The translations under genes and the position numbers were made by a program. DNA of 64,000 bases from Candidatus Spongiisociaceae bacterium (GTDB lineage: Bacteria > Actinomycetota > Acidimicrobiia > Spongiisociales > Spongiisociaceae), in NCBI GenBank assembly GCA_965219685.1, contig CBDCOH010000002.1, positions 1,408,001-1,472,000 of the forward strand, written 5' to 3'. Shown here piece by piece: positions 37,463-47,523 of the stretch (the first letter of the stretch is position 1; each line of letters opens with the position of its first letter). A model generated the notes under the pieces. The model worked only from the letters and a program-made list of their open reading frames with translations, did no database searches and was not told the origin of the DNA.

Positions 37463-38567
37463 GCCCGGCACGGGAACGGCCGAGACGCCGAAGCAGGAGC
37501 GGCCTCTGCTGTCGGTGAGGGACCTGAGCGTGACGTTCCGGGCCGAGTCGGTGGTACGAGCCGTCCGGGAGGTCTCCTACGACCTGGCCGCCGGCGAACA
37601 GGTGGGGCTGGTGGGCGAGAGCGGGTCGGGCAAGAGCGCCGGAGCTCTGGCGCTGGTGGGACTGTTGCCCGACTACGCGGACCTGTCCGGACGCGTGACA
37701 CTGGAAGGAACCGACCTGATGCAACTGACCGAGCGAGAGCTCCGGGAGGTCCGCGGCGACCGGGTCGGGATCGTCTACCAGGACCCGTTCAGCTCCCTCA
37801 ACCCGGTCCTCACAATCAGCAAGCAGCTCACAGAGGTGCTACGCAAGCACAAGAGAGTCGGCGCTCGGGCGGCCCGCCGGGAGGCGGCCCGACTCCTGGG
37901 AGACGTTGGGGTCCCCAATGCGGAAGAAAGGCTCTCCGACTATCCCCACCAGTTCTCCGGAGGAATGCGCCAGCGAGCGGTCATCGCCATGGCGGTGGCG
38001 CCGAGGCCGGCACTGCTGATCGCTGACGAGCCGACCACCGCCCTCGATGTGACGGTCCAGGCCCAGATACTGGAGCTTCTCCAGGAGCTGACCTCGGAGC
38101 ACCGGACCACCATGCTGCTCATCACCCATGATCTCGGCGTGGTGGCCGGAGTGACCCAGCGCGTGATGGTCATGTACGCGGGGCGGATCGTCGAGTCATC
38201 CACCACCGCGGACGTGTTCACCAGGGCGTCCCATCCGTACACCGTGGCCCTGCACAGGTCGCTGCCCCGCATCGATGTCCGCCAGGAGCGCCTCGTGACG
38301 ATCGAGGGTCAGCCTCCCGATCCGACCCGCCACGTCGAGGGGTGTCCTTTCGCTCCCCGATGCCCGTCCAGAATCGATCGATGCTCGACGGAGGACCCCC
38401 CGCTGATGACCATCCCCACCGCGCGGCGTGCCACGGCCGAGGGCTGGGATCTGCAATCGGTCCGCGAGGCGGACGGGATCCGCGTTCCGGGACCGGGTAG
38501 CCCGCACCTGACCGCGTGCTGGAACCCTCCGGAACTGCTCGGAGACGAGAGGGGACCCACCGGATGA
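37443..38567 (+). CDS. ABC ATPase (DppD-like)
   Basis: [34 protein letters not shown]. Confidence 0.94.
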   Translation: MKSPSAEPGTGTAETPKQERPLLSVRDLSVTFRAESVVRAVREVSYDLAAGEQVGLVGESGSGKSAGALALVGLLPDYADLSGRVTLEGTDLMQLTERELREVRGDRVGIVYQDPFSSLNPVLTISKQLTEVLRKHKRVGARAARREAARLLGDVGVPNAEERLSDYPHQFSGGMRQRAVIAMAVAPRPALLIADEPTTALDVTVQAQILELLQELTSEHRTTMLLITHDLGVVAGVTQRVMVMYAGRIVESSTTADVFTRASHPYTVALHRSLPRIDVRQERLVTIEGQPPDPTRHVEGCPFAPRCPSRIDRCSTEDPPLMTIPTARRATAEGWDLQSVREADGIRVPGPGSPHLTACWNPPELLGDERGPTG

Positions 38568-39664
38568 GTCCCGGCCCCGGCCCGAGCCCGGCTCTCGTCG
38601 AGGTCGAGGACCTGCGCGTCTGGTTTCCCGGCGGGCGGGGACGATCGACCAGCCGGCGCGGCTCTATCAAGGCGGTGGATGGGATTACCTTCTCCGTCCA
38701 CCGTGGGGAGACCCTGGGGCTGGTGGGCGAATCGGGATGTGGCAAGACGACGACCGCTCGGGCCATCCTCAAGCTCCTCCCCCCCACCGAGGGGCGTGTG
38801 CTGTTCGACGGCGTCGATCTCGCAACCATCTCAGGTCGGGAACTCAGGTTGGTCCGCCGCCGGATGCAGCCCGTGTTCCAGGACCCGTTCTCAAGCCTCA
38901 ACCCGCAGCGGACGGTGGGACGCATAGTGGCCGAGCCGCTCGTAATCCACCGGCAGGGAACGGCGGCGGAGCGCAGGGCAAGGGTTTCCGAACTGCTCGA
39001 AACGGTCGGGCTTCCACCGGATGCCGCCAACCGTTACCCGCACGCGTTCAGCGGAGGGCAGCGCCAACGGATCGCCATCGCCCGGGCAATGGCCCTGCAA
39101 CCCGACCTGATCATCGCCGACGAGCCCGTCAGCGCTCTCGACGTGAGCATCCGCGCCCAGATACTCAACCTGCTCAGCGACCTGCAGCGGGAGTTCCACC
39201 TCACCTACCTGGTCATCGCGCACGACCTCGCCCTCGTGCGGCAGGTGACCGACCGGGTCGGCGTGATGTACCTGGGCAAGGTTGTCGAGATGCGACCCAC
39301 CGAAGACCTATACCGGGCGCCGCTGCACCCGTATACGGTCGCGCTGCTGTCGTCGGCGCCCATCCCGGACACCGAGGCCGAGGCGAGCCGGCAACGTATC
39401 GTGCTGGAGGGTGACGTACCGAACCCGGCCGAACCGCCGACCGGTTGCCGGTTCCACACCCGCTGCTGGCTCCGGAAGAACCTGGGCAACCCCAACGTCT
39501 GCACGACCGAGCCACCACCTCTGACCCCCCTCGTGGAGAAAGGCGCCGCGGGAGCCGTGGCCTGCCACTTTCCTGGCGAGGTCGAGAGTTCCGACGAACG
39601 GCGCGAGACGTTGGTGGCCCTCACCGGCTCGGGGGGAGGCTCAGCCGGTGAGGGCCCACGGTAG
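38564..39664 (+). CDS. ABC ATPase (DppF-like)
   Basis: [33 protein letters not shown]. Confidence 0.94.
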   Translation: MSPGPGPSPALVEVEDLRVWFPGGRGRSTSRRGSIKAVDGITFSVHRGETLGLVGESGCGKTTTARAILKLLPPTEGRVLFDGVDLATISGRELRLVRRRMQPVFQDPFSSLNPQRTVGRIVAEPLVIHRQGTAAERRARVSELLETVGLPPDAANRYPHAFSGGQRQRIAIARAMALQPDLIIADEPVSALDVSIRAQILNLLSDLQREFHLTYLVIAHDLALVRQVTDRVGVMYLGKVVEMRPTEDLYRAPLHPYTVALLSSAPIPDTEAEASRQRIVLEGDVPNPAEPPTGCRFHTRCWLRKNLGNPNVCTTEPPPLTPLVEKGAAGAVACHFPGEVESSDERRETLVALTGSGGGSAGEGPR

Positions 39665-39678
39665 GTTCCTAGGCAGGT

Positions 39679-40002
39679 CTAGGCTCCGGTCGCCAAGTCC
39701 GTGGAAGCGCCGTCGCGCTTGTCTGTGGTCCCCTCGCTTGTCGGCTCTTCACCAGGACGGGCCTCGTCAGCCTCCATCGGCCGATCGACTGCGCCGTTCT
39801 CCTCGCGATTCCTCCCGTTGTCTGCCCTGGATGTGAACAGGGGGCTCATCAGCACGGCGCCGACCAGGATCACCACCGCGGGCAACAGCCACCGCGGTGT
39901 CCCGAACAGCCAACCGCGGGCAGGGAAGCCGATCCAGGCGGCAAGCACGATGAGTGCCAGTCCGAATGCCAGCGAGAACATATTGAACGAATGGCGTTTC
40001 AT
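39679..40002 (-). CDS. Small 2-TM membrane protein of the PspC locus
   Basis: MKRHSFNMFSLAFG plus two TM helices; coupled to the upstream gene. Confidence 0.7.
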   Translation of the reverse strand: MKRHSFNMFSLAFGLALIVLAAWIGFPARGWLFGTPRWLLPAVVILVGAVLMSPLFTSRADNGRNREENGAVDRPMEADEARPGEEPTSEGTTDKRDGASTDLATGA

Positions 40003-41537
40003 CGTCCCTCCTCCACGATCACAGTTCCCTCACCGAGGCGGATGTCCAAGGTGAGCCGGTGGGCGCCTGAGATCTGACTTGTGTGCCTCGCACTCAGGTT
40101 GGACCCTTCACGCACTTCATCGAACACGGTGAGGCGCCCATGGTCCACCCGGGCGGTAACCCGCAAGCCCAAGTGCCGGGGAACGGTCACCCACACCTCA
40201 CCAAGATCCACGTCGACATCCACGCGCCTGTCGTCCTCGAGGAACAGGTCGCTCAAGTCGAGCCGCAGCGAACCATCATCCAGGGCGTAGTCGTCGCGAA
40301 GGAACTCGCCGAGCTGGATTCGGTAGTACTCTCTCACGGCCGTTCCGTCGCCTCTCGGAGGTTCAGGCACGCTCTCGGGCAGGGCTGGGTCGGGAGCCGG
40401 TCGCGCCCTTACGAGCACCTGGCCGATTCCAACGTCGGCGTCGAGCAGCAGCCTTCCCTCGGACCCTTCCAGGTGGTACACGGCATCGACTCCCAGTCCG
40501 CTGTATCGCTGGGAGCCAACCCTCAATTCCCCGATGCCCACGTCACCGTCCACCCTGGCTGACACACCCTCAGGGATGTACACGATCACCTCGCCGATTC
40601 CTAGATCGACCTCGGTCGCCACCGTTCGGCCGTCGAAGTCGACACCCCTGAGGTCGATGAGCAACGAGCCGAAACCCAGGTCGTATCCGTGGAGTATCCC
40701 CTCCACCGAACCGGGCCGATGGATGGAACGCTCGCTCATCGTGAAGTTGAGTTCGAACGGCGACCTTCCGTCGACCAGATCAGCCAACGGCGACAGGACC
40801 AGGAACGGTATCAGGACCATGCCGAGCACGATCAGACCCCCCGGGCGACCGAACCAGGCTCCTACAACCAGCCCGACACCGATGACCGCCACCAGCAAGG
40901 CGACGTAATGGCTGAACTGGGGATGGAAACCGGGAATGACGCTGTCGAACAGTCCTAATGCTCCCAGCGCCAGCACCGCGAACCCCACCGTGACCCTACC
41001 CAGTATCGAAGTCTCCGGTGGCGTAGGAGGTGTCTGCGCCGGCGGCGCCGGCGGGGTCGGATCCGGCGGCCCGCTCTCCGAATCAGGGACCACCGCCTGA
41101 ACGGGGGGTGTTCGAGAGGCCTGATCGGACGATGGCGCGACAGCCTGCTGGCGTACGTCACGGCTCAGATCCCCGCGGTAGAGCATCACGCCGATGCCGA
41201 TCAGCACCACCGCGAAGGCCAGGTCGCCCCGGATCAGTCCTGTCTCCGAGACCAGGATGATGACGGCGAGACCGACGAGGATCACACCCACCCACCGTCG
41301 GGCCTGGCCGGTACCCAACCAGCCCTGCACGATCGCATCGGTCTCACCCTCGCCCGGGATCAGTAGCCAGCCCGCTACGTACAGAAGCGCGCCCAGCCCG
41401 CCTGCGAAGCAGAGCAGGGCGAAAGCAATCCGGATGACCCAGACGGGCACACCGAAGCGGAGACCCAGGCCAGCCGCGACCCCGGCTAGCCAGCGGCCCT
41501 CGTCAGGCCGGTGAAGTGATGCAGTTTCGTTACTCAT
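39999..41537 (-). CDS. PspC-domain membrane protein with two LiaF-like (DUF2154-type) C-terminal repeats
   Basis: RWLAGVAAGLG...LYVAGWLLIP; LGFGSLLIDL..GIGEVIVYIP, repeated as GSLRLDL..DLGEVWVTVP. Confidence 0.82.
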   Translation of the reverse strand: MSNETASLHRPDEGRWLAGVAAGLGLRFGVPVWVIRIAFALLCFAGGLGALLYVAGWLLIPGEGETDAIVQGWLGTGQARRWVGVILVGLAVIILVSETGLIRGDLAFAVVLIGIGVMLYRGDLSRDVRQQAVAPSSDQASRTPPVQAVVPDSESGPPDPTPPAPPAQTPPTPPETSILGRVTVGFAVLALGALGLFDSVIPGFHPQFSHYVALLVAVIGVGLVVGAWFGRPGGLIVLGMVLIPFLVLSPLADLVDGRSPFELNFTMSERSIHRPGSVEGILHGYDLGFGSLLIDLRGVDFDGRTVATEVDLGIGEVIVYIPEGVSARVDGDVGIGELRVGSQRYSGLGVDAVYHLEGSEGRLLLDADVGIGQVLVRARPAPDPALPESVPEPPRGDGTAVREYYRIQLGEFLRDDYALDDGSLRLDLSDLFLEDDRRVDVDVDLGEVWVTVPRHLGLRVTARVDHGRLTVFDEVREGSNLSARHTSQISGAHRLTLDIRLGEGTVIVEEGR

Positions 41538-41659
41538 GCTCTAACTATGCGCCGAGTGAACCGGATTGTCTATGGGGTATCACCCTGGTCCATCCCTGAG
41601 TGCCTGAGTACCACTATGGGTATGTCACCGGTTGTTCGCAGTACTCGTGCAGTGAGACA

Positions 41660-42859
41660 ATGCTCAGAATGCAGACGGCACGATCCTCCAGCTTCCAGCG
41701 CATCGGCGGCGTCATCTCACGGCGTCGGGACGGCCGGCTGATCGCGGGTGTGGCCGGCGGACTCGCTGACCGGATCGGCATCGCCGATCTGTACGTTCGC
41801 GCCGGCTTCCTGGTCCTAGCACTCATATGGGGAATCGGCGTGTTCGTCTACGTGGTGCTCTGGGCGCTGACCCTGGACCGGATTGAGGTCCGGCCACCCG
41901 CCACACATGCCGGTGAGCACCGCAGAGCTGGTTACTTCCTGATGTTCGCTGGTGGTCTGCTGATCCTCAGGACGGTGGGGATCTGGAGCGGCGACGGGTT
42001 GGTGTGGCCGGGAGCGGCGGTGATCCTGGGTGTGGCCTTCCTGATGGACCGGCGCGACATCGATCCCCGCTCTGCGATCCTGGCGCTCTTCGACCCGGAC
42101 AGCGGCAGGTTCCGGAGCCGCACCGTGCTCGGAATCCTGCTCCTGGTGGTAGGCCTTTCGATCCTGGGCGCTGCGGCTGTCCCGGCGGTCGAGACAGTGA
42201 TCTTGGCGGTGCTCGTGACGGGAGTGGGGATGGCGGTGCTGTTCGGACCGTGGGTGTGGAGGCTGGTGGCCGATCTTGGCGCCGAACGCAGCAAGCGGAT
42301 CCGCGAGGAGGAGCGGGCTGACATGGCCGCCCATCTGCATGACTCGGTCCTCCAGACCCTGGCTCTGATCCAGAGGACCGACGATCCCAGGCGGGTCGTC
42401 ACCCTGGCCCGCGTACAGGAGAGGGAGTTGCGCCGCTGGCTGTACGACTCGACCCCGGCTGACGGCAAGGAGCTACTGTCCCGCGCACTGCAGAACGAGG
42501 TGGACCGCATCGAGAACACCTTCGACATCCCGGTGGAGCTGGTCACGGTCGGTGACCGCCCTGTGGATGACCACGTCCGGGCGATGGTGGCGGCGGCTGG
42601 CGAGGCTCTCACCAACGCGGCCCGGCATTCGGGCGCAGATCAGATATCGGTGTACTCCGAGGTGACGGATGCATCCGCCGATGTCTGGGTGTCGGATCTG
42701 GGCCGGGGTTTCGACACAGGGCTGGTGGCTCCGGATCGACGTGGCATCGCCGAATCGATAGTCGGCCGCATGCTGAACCATGGCGGGTCGGCAACTGTCT
42801 CGTCGGAGCTCGGGGAAGGAACCGAGGTACACCTCCGACTGACTGGGGAAGGAAAATGA
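41660..42859 (+). CDS. PspC-domain sensor histidine kinase
   Basis: RLIAGVAGGLA; AAHLHDSVLQTLALIQ; EALTNAARH; DLGRGF; GEGTEV. Confidence 0.92.
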   Translation: MLRMQTARSSSFQRIGGVISRRRDGRLIAGVAGGLADRIGIADLYVRAGFLVLALIWGIGVFVYVVLWALTLDRIEVRPPATHAGEHRRAGYFLMFAGGLLILRTVGIWSGDGLVWPGAAVILGVAFLMDRRDIDPRSAILALFDPDSGRFRSRTVLGILLLVVGLSILGAAAVPAVETVILAVLVTGVGMAVLFGPWVWRLVADLGAERSKRIREEERADMAAHLHDSVLQTLALIQRTDDPRRVVTLARVQERELRRWLYDSTPADGKELLSRALQNEVDRIENTFDIPVELVTVGDRPVDDHVRAMVAAAGEALTNAARHSGADQISVYSEVTDASADVWVSDLGRGFDTGLVAPDRRGIAESIVGRMLNHGGSATVSSELGEGTEVHLRLTGEGK

Positions 42860-43494
42860 TCAAGGTTTTCGTGGTGGATGACCACCAACTGTTCCTCTCC
42901 GGGGTGAAGACCGAGCTTACGGGCCGCAACGGGATAACCCTGAGCGGCGCCGCCCAGGACGTGGACGAGGCCATCGACGAACTCCGCAAGGACCCGCCGG
43001 ACGTAGCTCTCGTGGACGTGCACATGCCGGGAGGGGGAGGCCTCGCCGTCGTGGAGAATATACGGGAGACCAACCCCGACGTGAAGTTCTTGGCGCTCTC
43101 CGTGTCGGACGCCGCGGAGGACGTGATCGCCATGATCCGGGCAGGCGCCCGAGGGTACGTGACCAAGTCCATCGGGCCCGATGAGTTGGCCGACGCGATA
43201 CGGCGGGTTCATGCGGGCGACGCGGTGTTCTCCCCCATGCTGGCCGGTTTCGTACTCGACCGGTTCGCGGCGAATGTGCCTCCGCCCTCCGATCCGGAAC
43301 TCGACCGGCTCACCGCCAGGGAGAAGGAGGTGCTGCGGCTCATAGCCCGCGGCTATCCCTACAAGCAGGTTGCCAAGCGGCTCTACATCAGCGTCAAGAC
43401 GGTAGAGTCCCACGTCTCGGCCGTGCTCCGGAAGCTACAGCTGTCCAGCAGGTACGAATTGGCCCACTGGGCGAGCAACCGCCGCATCGTCTGA
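42856..43494 (+). CDS. NarL/LuxR-family response regulator
   Basis: VVDDH, DVHMPGG, GYVTK, LTAREKEVL, ISVKTVESH. Confidence 0.95.
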   Translation: MIKVFVVDDHQLFLSGVKTELTGRNGITLSGAAQDVDEAIDELRKDPPDVALVDVHMPGGGGLAVVENIRETNPDVKFLALSVSDAAEDVIAMIRAGARGYVTKSIGPDELADAIRRVHAGDAVFSPMLAGFVLDRFAANVPPPSDPELDRLTAREKEVLRLIARGYPYKQVAKRLYISVKTVESHVSAVLRKLQLSSRYELAHWASNRRIV

Positions 43495-43508
43495 AGGTCC
43501 TACTCCGG

Positions 43509-44252
43509 CTAACCGAGCATTTCCCCGCGGTCCACCACCGCGACTGCTCCCGTAACGGAGTCGTTGGTGATCAGCCCAATCATGGTACTGACCACGTCCT
43601 CCACCGGTACCAAGGGAACCGCACCGGCCCGGATCTCCTCGGCGCGGTCGGGCGGAACGTAGCGGTCGATCCATTCCGTGAGCATCCATCCCGGCGCCAC
43701 CGCGTTCACCTGCACGGCCGGCGCCAGCGCCCGGGCAAGGCAACGGGTGAGCGACACCAGCGCCGCCTTCGACACCACGTACGGGATGGAGCTGCCCGCA
43801 TCGGTGAGAGCCGAGTTGGAAGCCACGTTGACGATCTTGCCGGTCCCCCGCGCCTGCATCCCGGGCCCGACCGCCTGCGAGCACAGGAAAGCGCCCGCCA
43901 CGTTGACATCCATGATCCGTCGCCAGATGTCCGCGGTGACACCGTCCAGATCGGAAGACGGAACGTAGTGGGTGATCCCCGCATTGTTGACCAGGATGTC
44001 GACCGGCCCCAAGGCCTCTTCCACCGATGCGACCATGAAGGAGACGGCGTCACCGTCGGTCACGTCGGCCCGGACCGCGATGGATCGCCCTCCCCCGTCC
44101 TCGATCTCGCCGACGACCTGTTCAGCTGCCTCGCGCGACCTCGAGTAGTTGACCGCTACATGCACGCCACGCCGCGCCAGCCCGAGCGCCGTTTGGCATC
44201 CGAGACCCGTGCCGCCACCCGTGATCAGTGCCACCCGCCCGTCCAAGTCCAT
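43509..44252 (-). CDS. SDR oxidoreductase
   Basis: TGGGTGLG, NNAG, YVVSK, VNAVAPG. Confidence 0.93.
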   Translation of the reverse strand: MDLDGRVALITGGGTGLGCQTALGLARRGVHVAVNYSRSREAAEQVVGEIEDGGGRSIAVRADVTDGDAVSFMVASVEEALGPVDILVNNAGITHYVPSSDLDGVTADIWRRIMDVNVAGAFLCSQAVGPGMQARGTGKIVNVASNSALTDAGSSIPYVVSKAALVSLTRCLARALAPAVQVNAVAPGWMLTEWIDRYVPPDRAEEIRAGAVPLVPVEDVVSTMIGLITNDSVTGAVAVVDRGEMLG

Positions 44253-44317
44253 CGCCACCTCCTCGGTGCTAGTTGTAATCTATCGAAGATAGTTCCACTC
44301 CACTGATACACTCCCGT

Positions 44318-45445
44318 GTGTCACAGGCGAGGACCACAACCATGGGCCTACAAGATCATCCTGAGTGGCTCATCAATCGTCTCGAAAGCTTGCCCGACCA
44401 GGCGGATCCAGCATACGAGAAAGCGGCTCGCCGCGTTTGGGACCTCCATGACCTTGCCGGGGAGGCCGAACAGGATGACGTATTGAAACAATCCCTGGCT
44501 GCTCTCGAGAAACAGTTCCTCCGTGAACTGGTTTGGAGCCACCAAGCCACCTTGGACGCCGATGTATTGAGGGATATCGCCGACGACGACACCCTGCCCC
44601 TCGACCGCCGGTTCAACGCATATTTCGTCTGGCAGACAGCCCTATGGCGACGCTACGACCACAGGGAATTTCGAAATAACGTCCATAACTACAGCGAGGT
44701 ATTCTCAAGCCTGCCGATGTTCGACCATCAGCAGGCAATGGCACTGCTGAGCCAATCAGATCGACCTAGTCTTCAGGAAGCTCTCCGTTACGCTCGAGAC
44801 GCCCGTGGCAAAGTTCCCTCGTCGCCGGGGGTGCTGAACTTGTTGGCTGAAATAGTTGCGGAGATGGGCGAACGATACCCGGATACCATCGGTGAGGATG
44901 ATATCTCCGATGCGCTCGATTCGATAGGGGAGGCAATCGCTATCAACCGGCGGTACGGAAAGTACTTCGCAAACCGTGCCCGGCTCCTCGCTTTGGAGGA
45001 CAGATACGACGAGGCCGCCCGTGACATCCGGACCGCGATAGAGATCGAGCCGAGCAGCGACAGCACCATCTACGCAATGCGCGTGGCGCGTTATGACTTT
45101 ATCCGGTCACGTATCGAAGACCGTCAACAGCAACGTGAGTGGCTGGACGAACAGCGAAGGGTTCGCGACGAGGTTCGACGAACCAGATCGGAAACGATGG
45201 TGATGCTTGGCCTGCTGGCAGCAGTGGTCGGGTTCATAGTTACGGGATTCGACATAGCAACCGACTACGAACCGCTTGATGCTGCTGCGCTGATTGGAGT
45301 ACTGGCGGGATCGCTACTCATCGTGTTCACAGGCTTCGGTGAACTGGTCCGGTTCAGCCATAGTCTTAGAGCCCGTACTATCTCGGTCTTGGCCGTCGGA
45401 TTGGCGTTGATAGCGGTCTCGGCTGCCGTAATATGGGCGCTGTAG
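44318..45445 (+). CDS. TPR-like repeat protein with coiled coil and three C-terminal TM helices
   Basis: AIAINRRYGKYFANRARLLALEDRYDEAARDIRTAIEIEP; charged coil; hydrophobic C-terminus; codon usage less GC-biased than the flanks. Confidence 0.72.
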   Translation: MSQARTTTMGLQDHPEWLINRLESLPDQADPAYEKAARRVWDLHDLAGEAEQDDVLKQSLAALEKQFLRELVWSHQATLDADVLRDIADDDTLPLDRRFNAYFVWQTALWRRYDHREFRNNVHNYSEVFSSLPMFDHQQAMALLSQSDRPSLQEALRYARDARGKVPSSPGVLNLLAEIVAEMGERYPDTIGEDDISDALDSIGEAIAINRRYGKYFANRARLLALEDRYDEAARDIRTAIEIEPSSDSTIYAMRVARYDFIRSRIEDRQQQREWLDEQRRVRDEVRRTRSETMVMLGLLAAVVGFIVTGFDIATDYEPLDAAALIGVLAGSLLIVFTGFGELVRFSHSLRARTISVLAVGLALIAVSAAVIWAL

Positions 45446-46302
45446 CAGTGGATCGACCGAAAGCCATGCCGGGACTCGTCACGCTGGACCAGGTCAGTGT
45501 CGGGGGTTCGTCACGCCCCTTCAACGAAGACGCCCTCGGTTGGACACGGACCGCTGCCTGGGTGGTCGACGGCGCCACCTCGCTCGACGCAAGCCGCGAC
45601 TGGGCTCAGACGAGCGCTAGGTGGATGGCAACCACCACCAGCAGCCTCTTAGCCGAGCTTAGCCTCCGGCCCGGACCGGGCGCCCGGGAATTGATCGATG
45701 GCGTTGTCGAAGGCTTGGCCGCCGGATGGATCGAGATCGCCGGAGACGAGCCACACCTGTTGCCTCCTGCCGGCTCGCTCGGTCTCGTCGTCTACGACAT
45801 CGAACACGACCGGCTGCAGCTGACTACCGTTGGAGATTGTGTGATCGTGTGGTCGTCACCCAAGCGCGGTGACGAAGCGGTCGTGACCGACACTGCCATC
45901 GCCACCGCTGAGGAGAGCCATGGTCGGCATGTGGCACGGTCCAAGCCATCCGCCAAGACACTGAATGCTGAGTTGATCAGAAACCGTCGAAGGTACCTGG
46001 AGGGCGAGCCAGGCTGGATCCTCAGCGCGAATCCACGACTCACGAAAGCTGTGATGCCACTGGTTGTGGACGATCCGGTGGGTGACGTGATCCTCATCGC
46101 ATCGGACGGCTTCGCGAGGTCCATAGCCCTTCCCGACTTCCATAACTCGTGGAGCACCCTGGTAAAGGCCGCTTGGTCGATGGGCTTGGCCTCGGTCTTG
46201 CGAGAACTCCGTACCCACGAGCGCGAGATGCCGTCGTTCAGTGCCGGAAGATATAAGACCTCGGACGACGCCTCGGCATTACTGCTCCAAGTTCGCGATT
46301 AG
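45433..46302 (+). CDS. PP2C-like phosphatase
   Basis: NED, WVVDGAT, VGDC, IASDGF, SDDAS; overlaps the upstream gene. Confidence 0.78.
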   Translation: MGAVAVDRPKAMPGLVTLDQVSVGGSSRPFNEDALGWTRTAAWVVDGATSLDASRDWAQTSARWMATTTSSLLAELSLRPGPGARELIDGVVEGLAAGWIEIAGDEPHLLPPAGSLGLVVYDIEHDRLQLTTVGDCVIVWSSPKRGDEAVVTDTAIATAEESHGRHVARSKPSAKTLNAELIRNRRRYLEGEPGWILSANPRLTKAVMPLVVDDPVGDVILIASDGFARSIALPDFHNSWSTLVKAAWSMGLASVLRELRTHEREMPSFSAGRYKTSDDASALLLQVRD

Positions 46303-46386
46303 AACCCCGTCGAGCCCAACGGTCGAAAGAGCTACTCCCCGATGGGTAGGTTCTACAGAGCCTCTCCGTTGAAGTCATGCCACGGA

Positions 46387-47523
46387 TTACCCAAAAGCGT
46401 CGATCCCTGTCAGAAGGCGATCCACATCCTCCGGGGTGTTGTAGAGGTGGGGATCCGCCCGCACCCTGTCATCCTCCGGGTAGCCCCAAACATCCACGCC
46501 GAGTTTCCGGAGGTATCGACATAGTGGCACGGCGCCTGGGAAGTGGAACGCCACCACTCCGGCTCGCTGTTGGGGGGAAGGCGGGGTCAGCACCTCTATG
46601 CCCCGTTCGGTCAGCCCGTCGATCATCTGCCCCGCCAGTTCCAGGACGTGCCGCTCGATGGCAGGGATGCCTGCCTCGAGGATTATGTCCAATCCTCTAC
46701 GAGCCGCTGCTATCCCCGGCAGGTCGGCCAGTCCGATCTCGTGGCGGATCGAGCCCGAGCCGTGCACCAGGCTGCCGGGACCTCCGGATCGGTCATCCAA
46801 ATGGGAACCGATGTAGCCGACATGGGGCGGTGGCAACGCCTCGATGTGCTCTCTCCGGGCATAGAGGAAACCCAGGCCGGGCGGGCCGAGCAGCCACTTC
46901 ATCAGCGTTCCGCTCATGAAGTCGATACCCTCGCCGTCCGCGTCGATGGGAACGGCGCCGGCCGACTGGGCGGCGTCGACGATGAGGTAACCGCCGCAAT
47001 CACGCGTGAGTCCGGCCAGCCTCCTGAGATCGTGCCGGAATCCGGTGCGGGCGTCCACATGAGACACCAGCACCGCGATGGTGTGCTCGTCCACGAGGCT
47101 CTCGATCCCGGTCGTCCAGGTGGAGGTAGGTCCTGCGGGAACCGCGCGGACCTCGACCTTGCCGCGGTTTGGCAGCAGCCAGGGCCAGACTGCGCTCGGA
47201 TGGGAGGTCGGGTCTGTCACTATGTTGGCGCCCGGAGGCGGTGCGATCATCTGGACCGCTAGGTTCGACCCCCTGGACGTGTTGTCGATGATGGCGATCT
47301 CGGCAGGATCGGCGCCCAACACGGCGGCTAGGCGACTCTTCAGGATCTTCCACTCGTCGAAGTACCGGGCCCGGTGATACGCAGGATCGAACATCCAGCG
47401 ATCGGTCCACTGATCGAGAGCTGCCCTGACCGGTATGGCCGCCGGGGCGAGACCCCCCGCGAAGAGGTAGGCGCGAGTCTCGGTGATGGGGAAAAGGGGC
47501 CGGAAACGCTCGGTCAGGCCCAC
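46387..47523 (-). CDS. Class V PLP enzyme (cysteine desulfurase/kynureninase-like)
   Basis: VDAAQSAG, KWLLGPPGLGFLY, RADPHLYN. Confidence 0.88.
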   Translation of the reverse strand: MGLTERFRPLFPITETRAYLFAGGLAPAAIPVRAALDQWTDRWMFDPAYHRARYFDEWKILKSRLAAVLGADPAEIAIIDNTSRGSNLAVQMIAPPPGANIVTDPTSHPSAVWPWLLPNRGKVEVRAVPAGPTSTWTTGIESLVDEHTIAVLVSHVDARTGFRHDLRRLAGLTRDCGGYLIVDAAQSAGAVPIDADGEGIDFMSGTLMKWLLGPPGLGFLYARREHIEALPPPHVGYIGSHLDDRSGGPGSLVHGSGSIRHEIGLADLPGIAAARRGLDIILEAGIPAIERHVLELAGQMIDGLTERGIEVLTPPSPQQRAGVVAFHFPGAVPLCRYLRKLGVDVWGYPEDDRVRADPHLYNTPEDVDRLLTGIDAFG

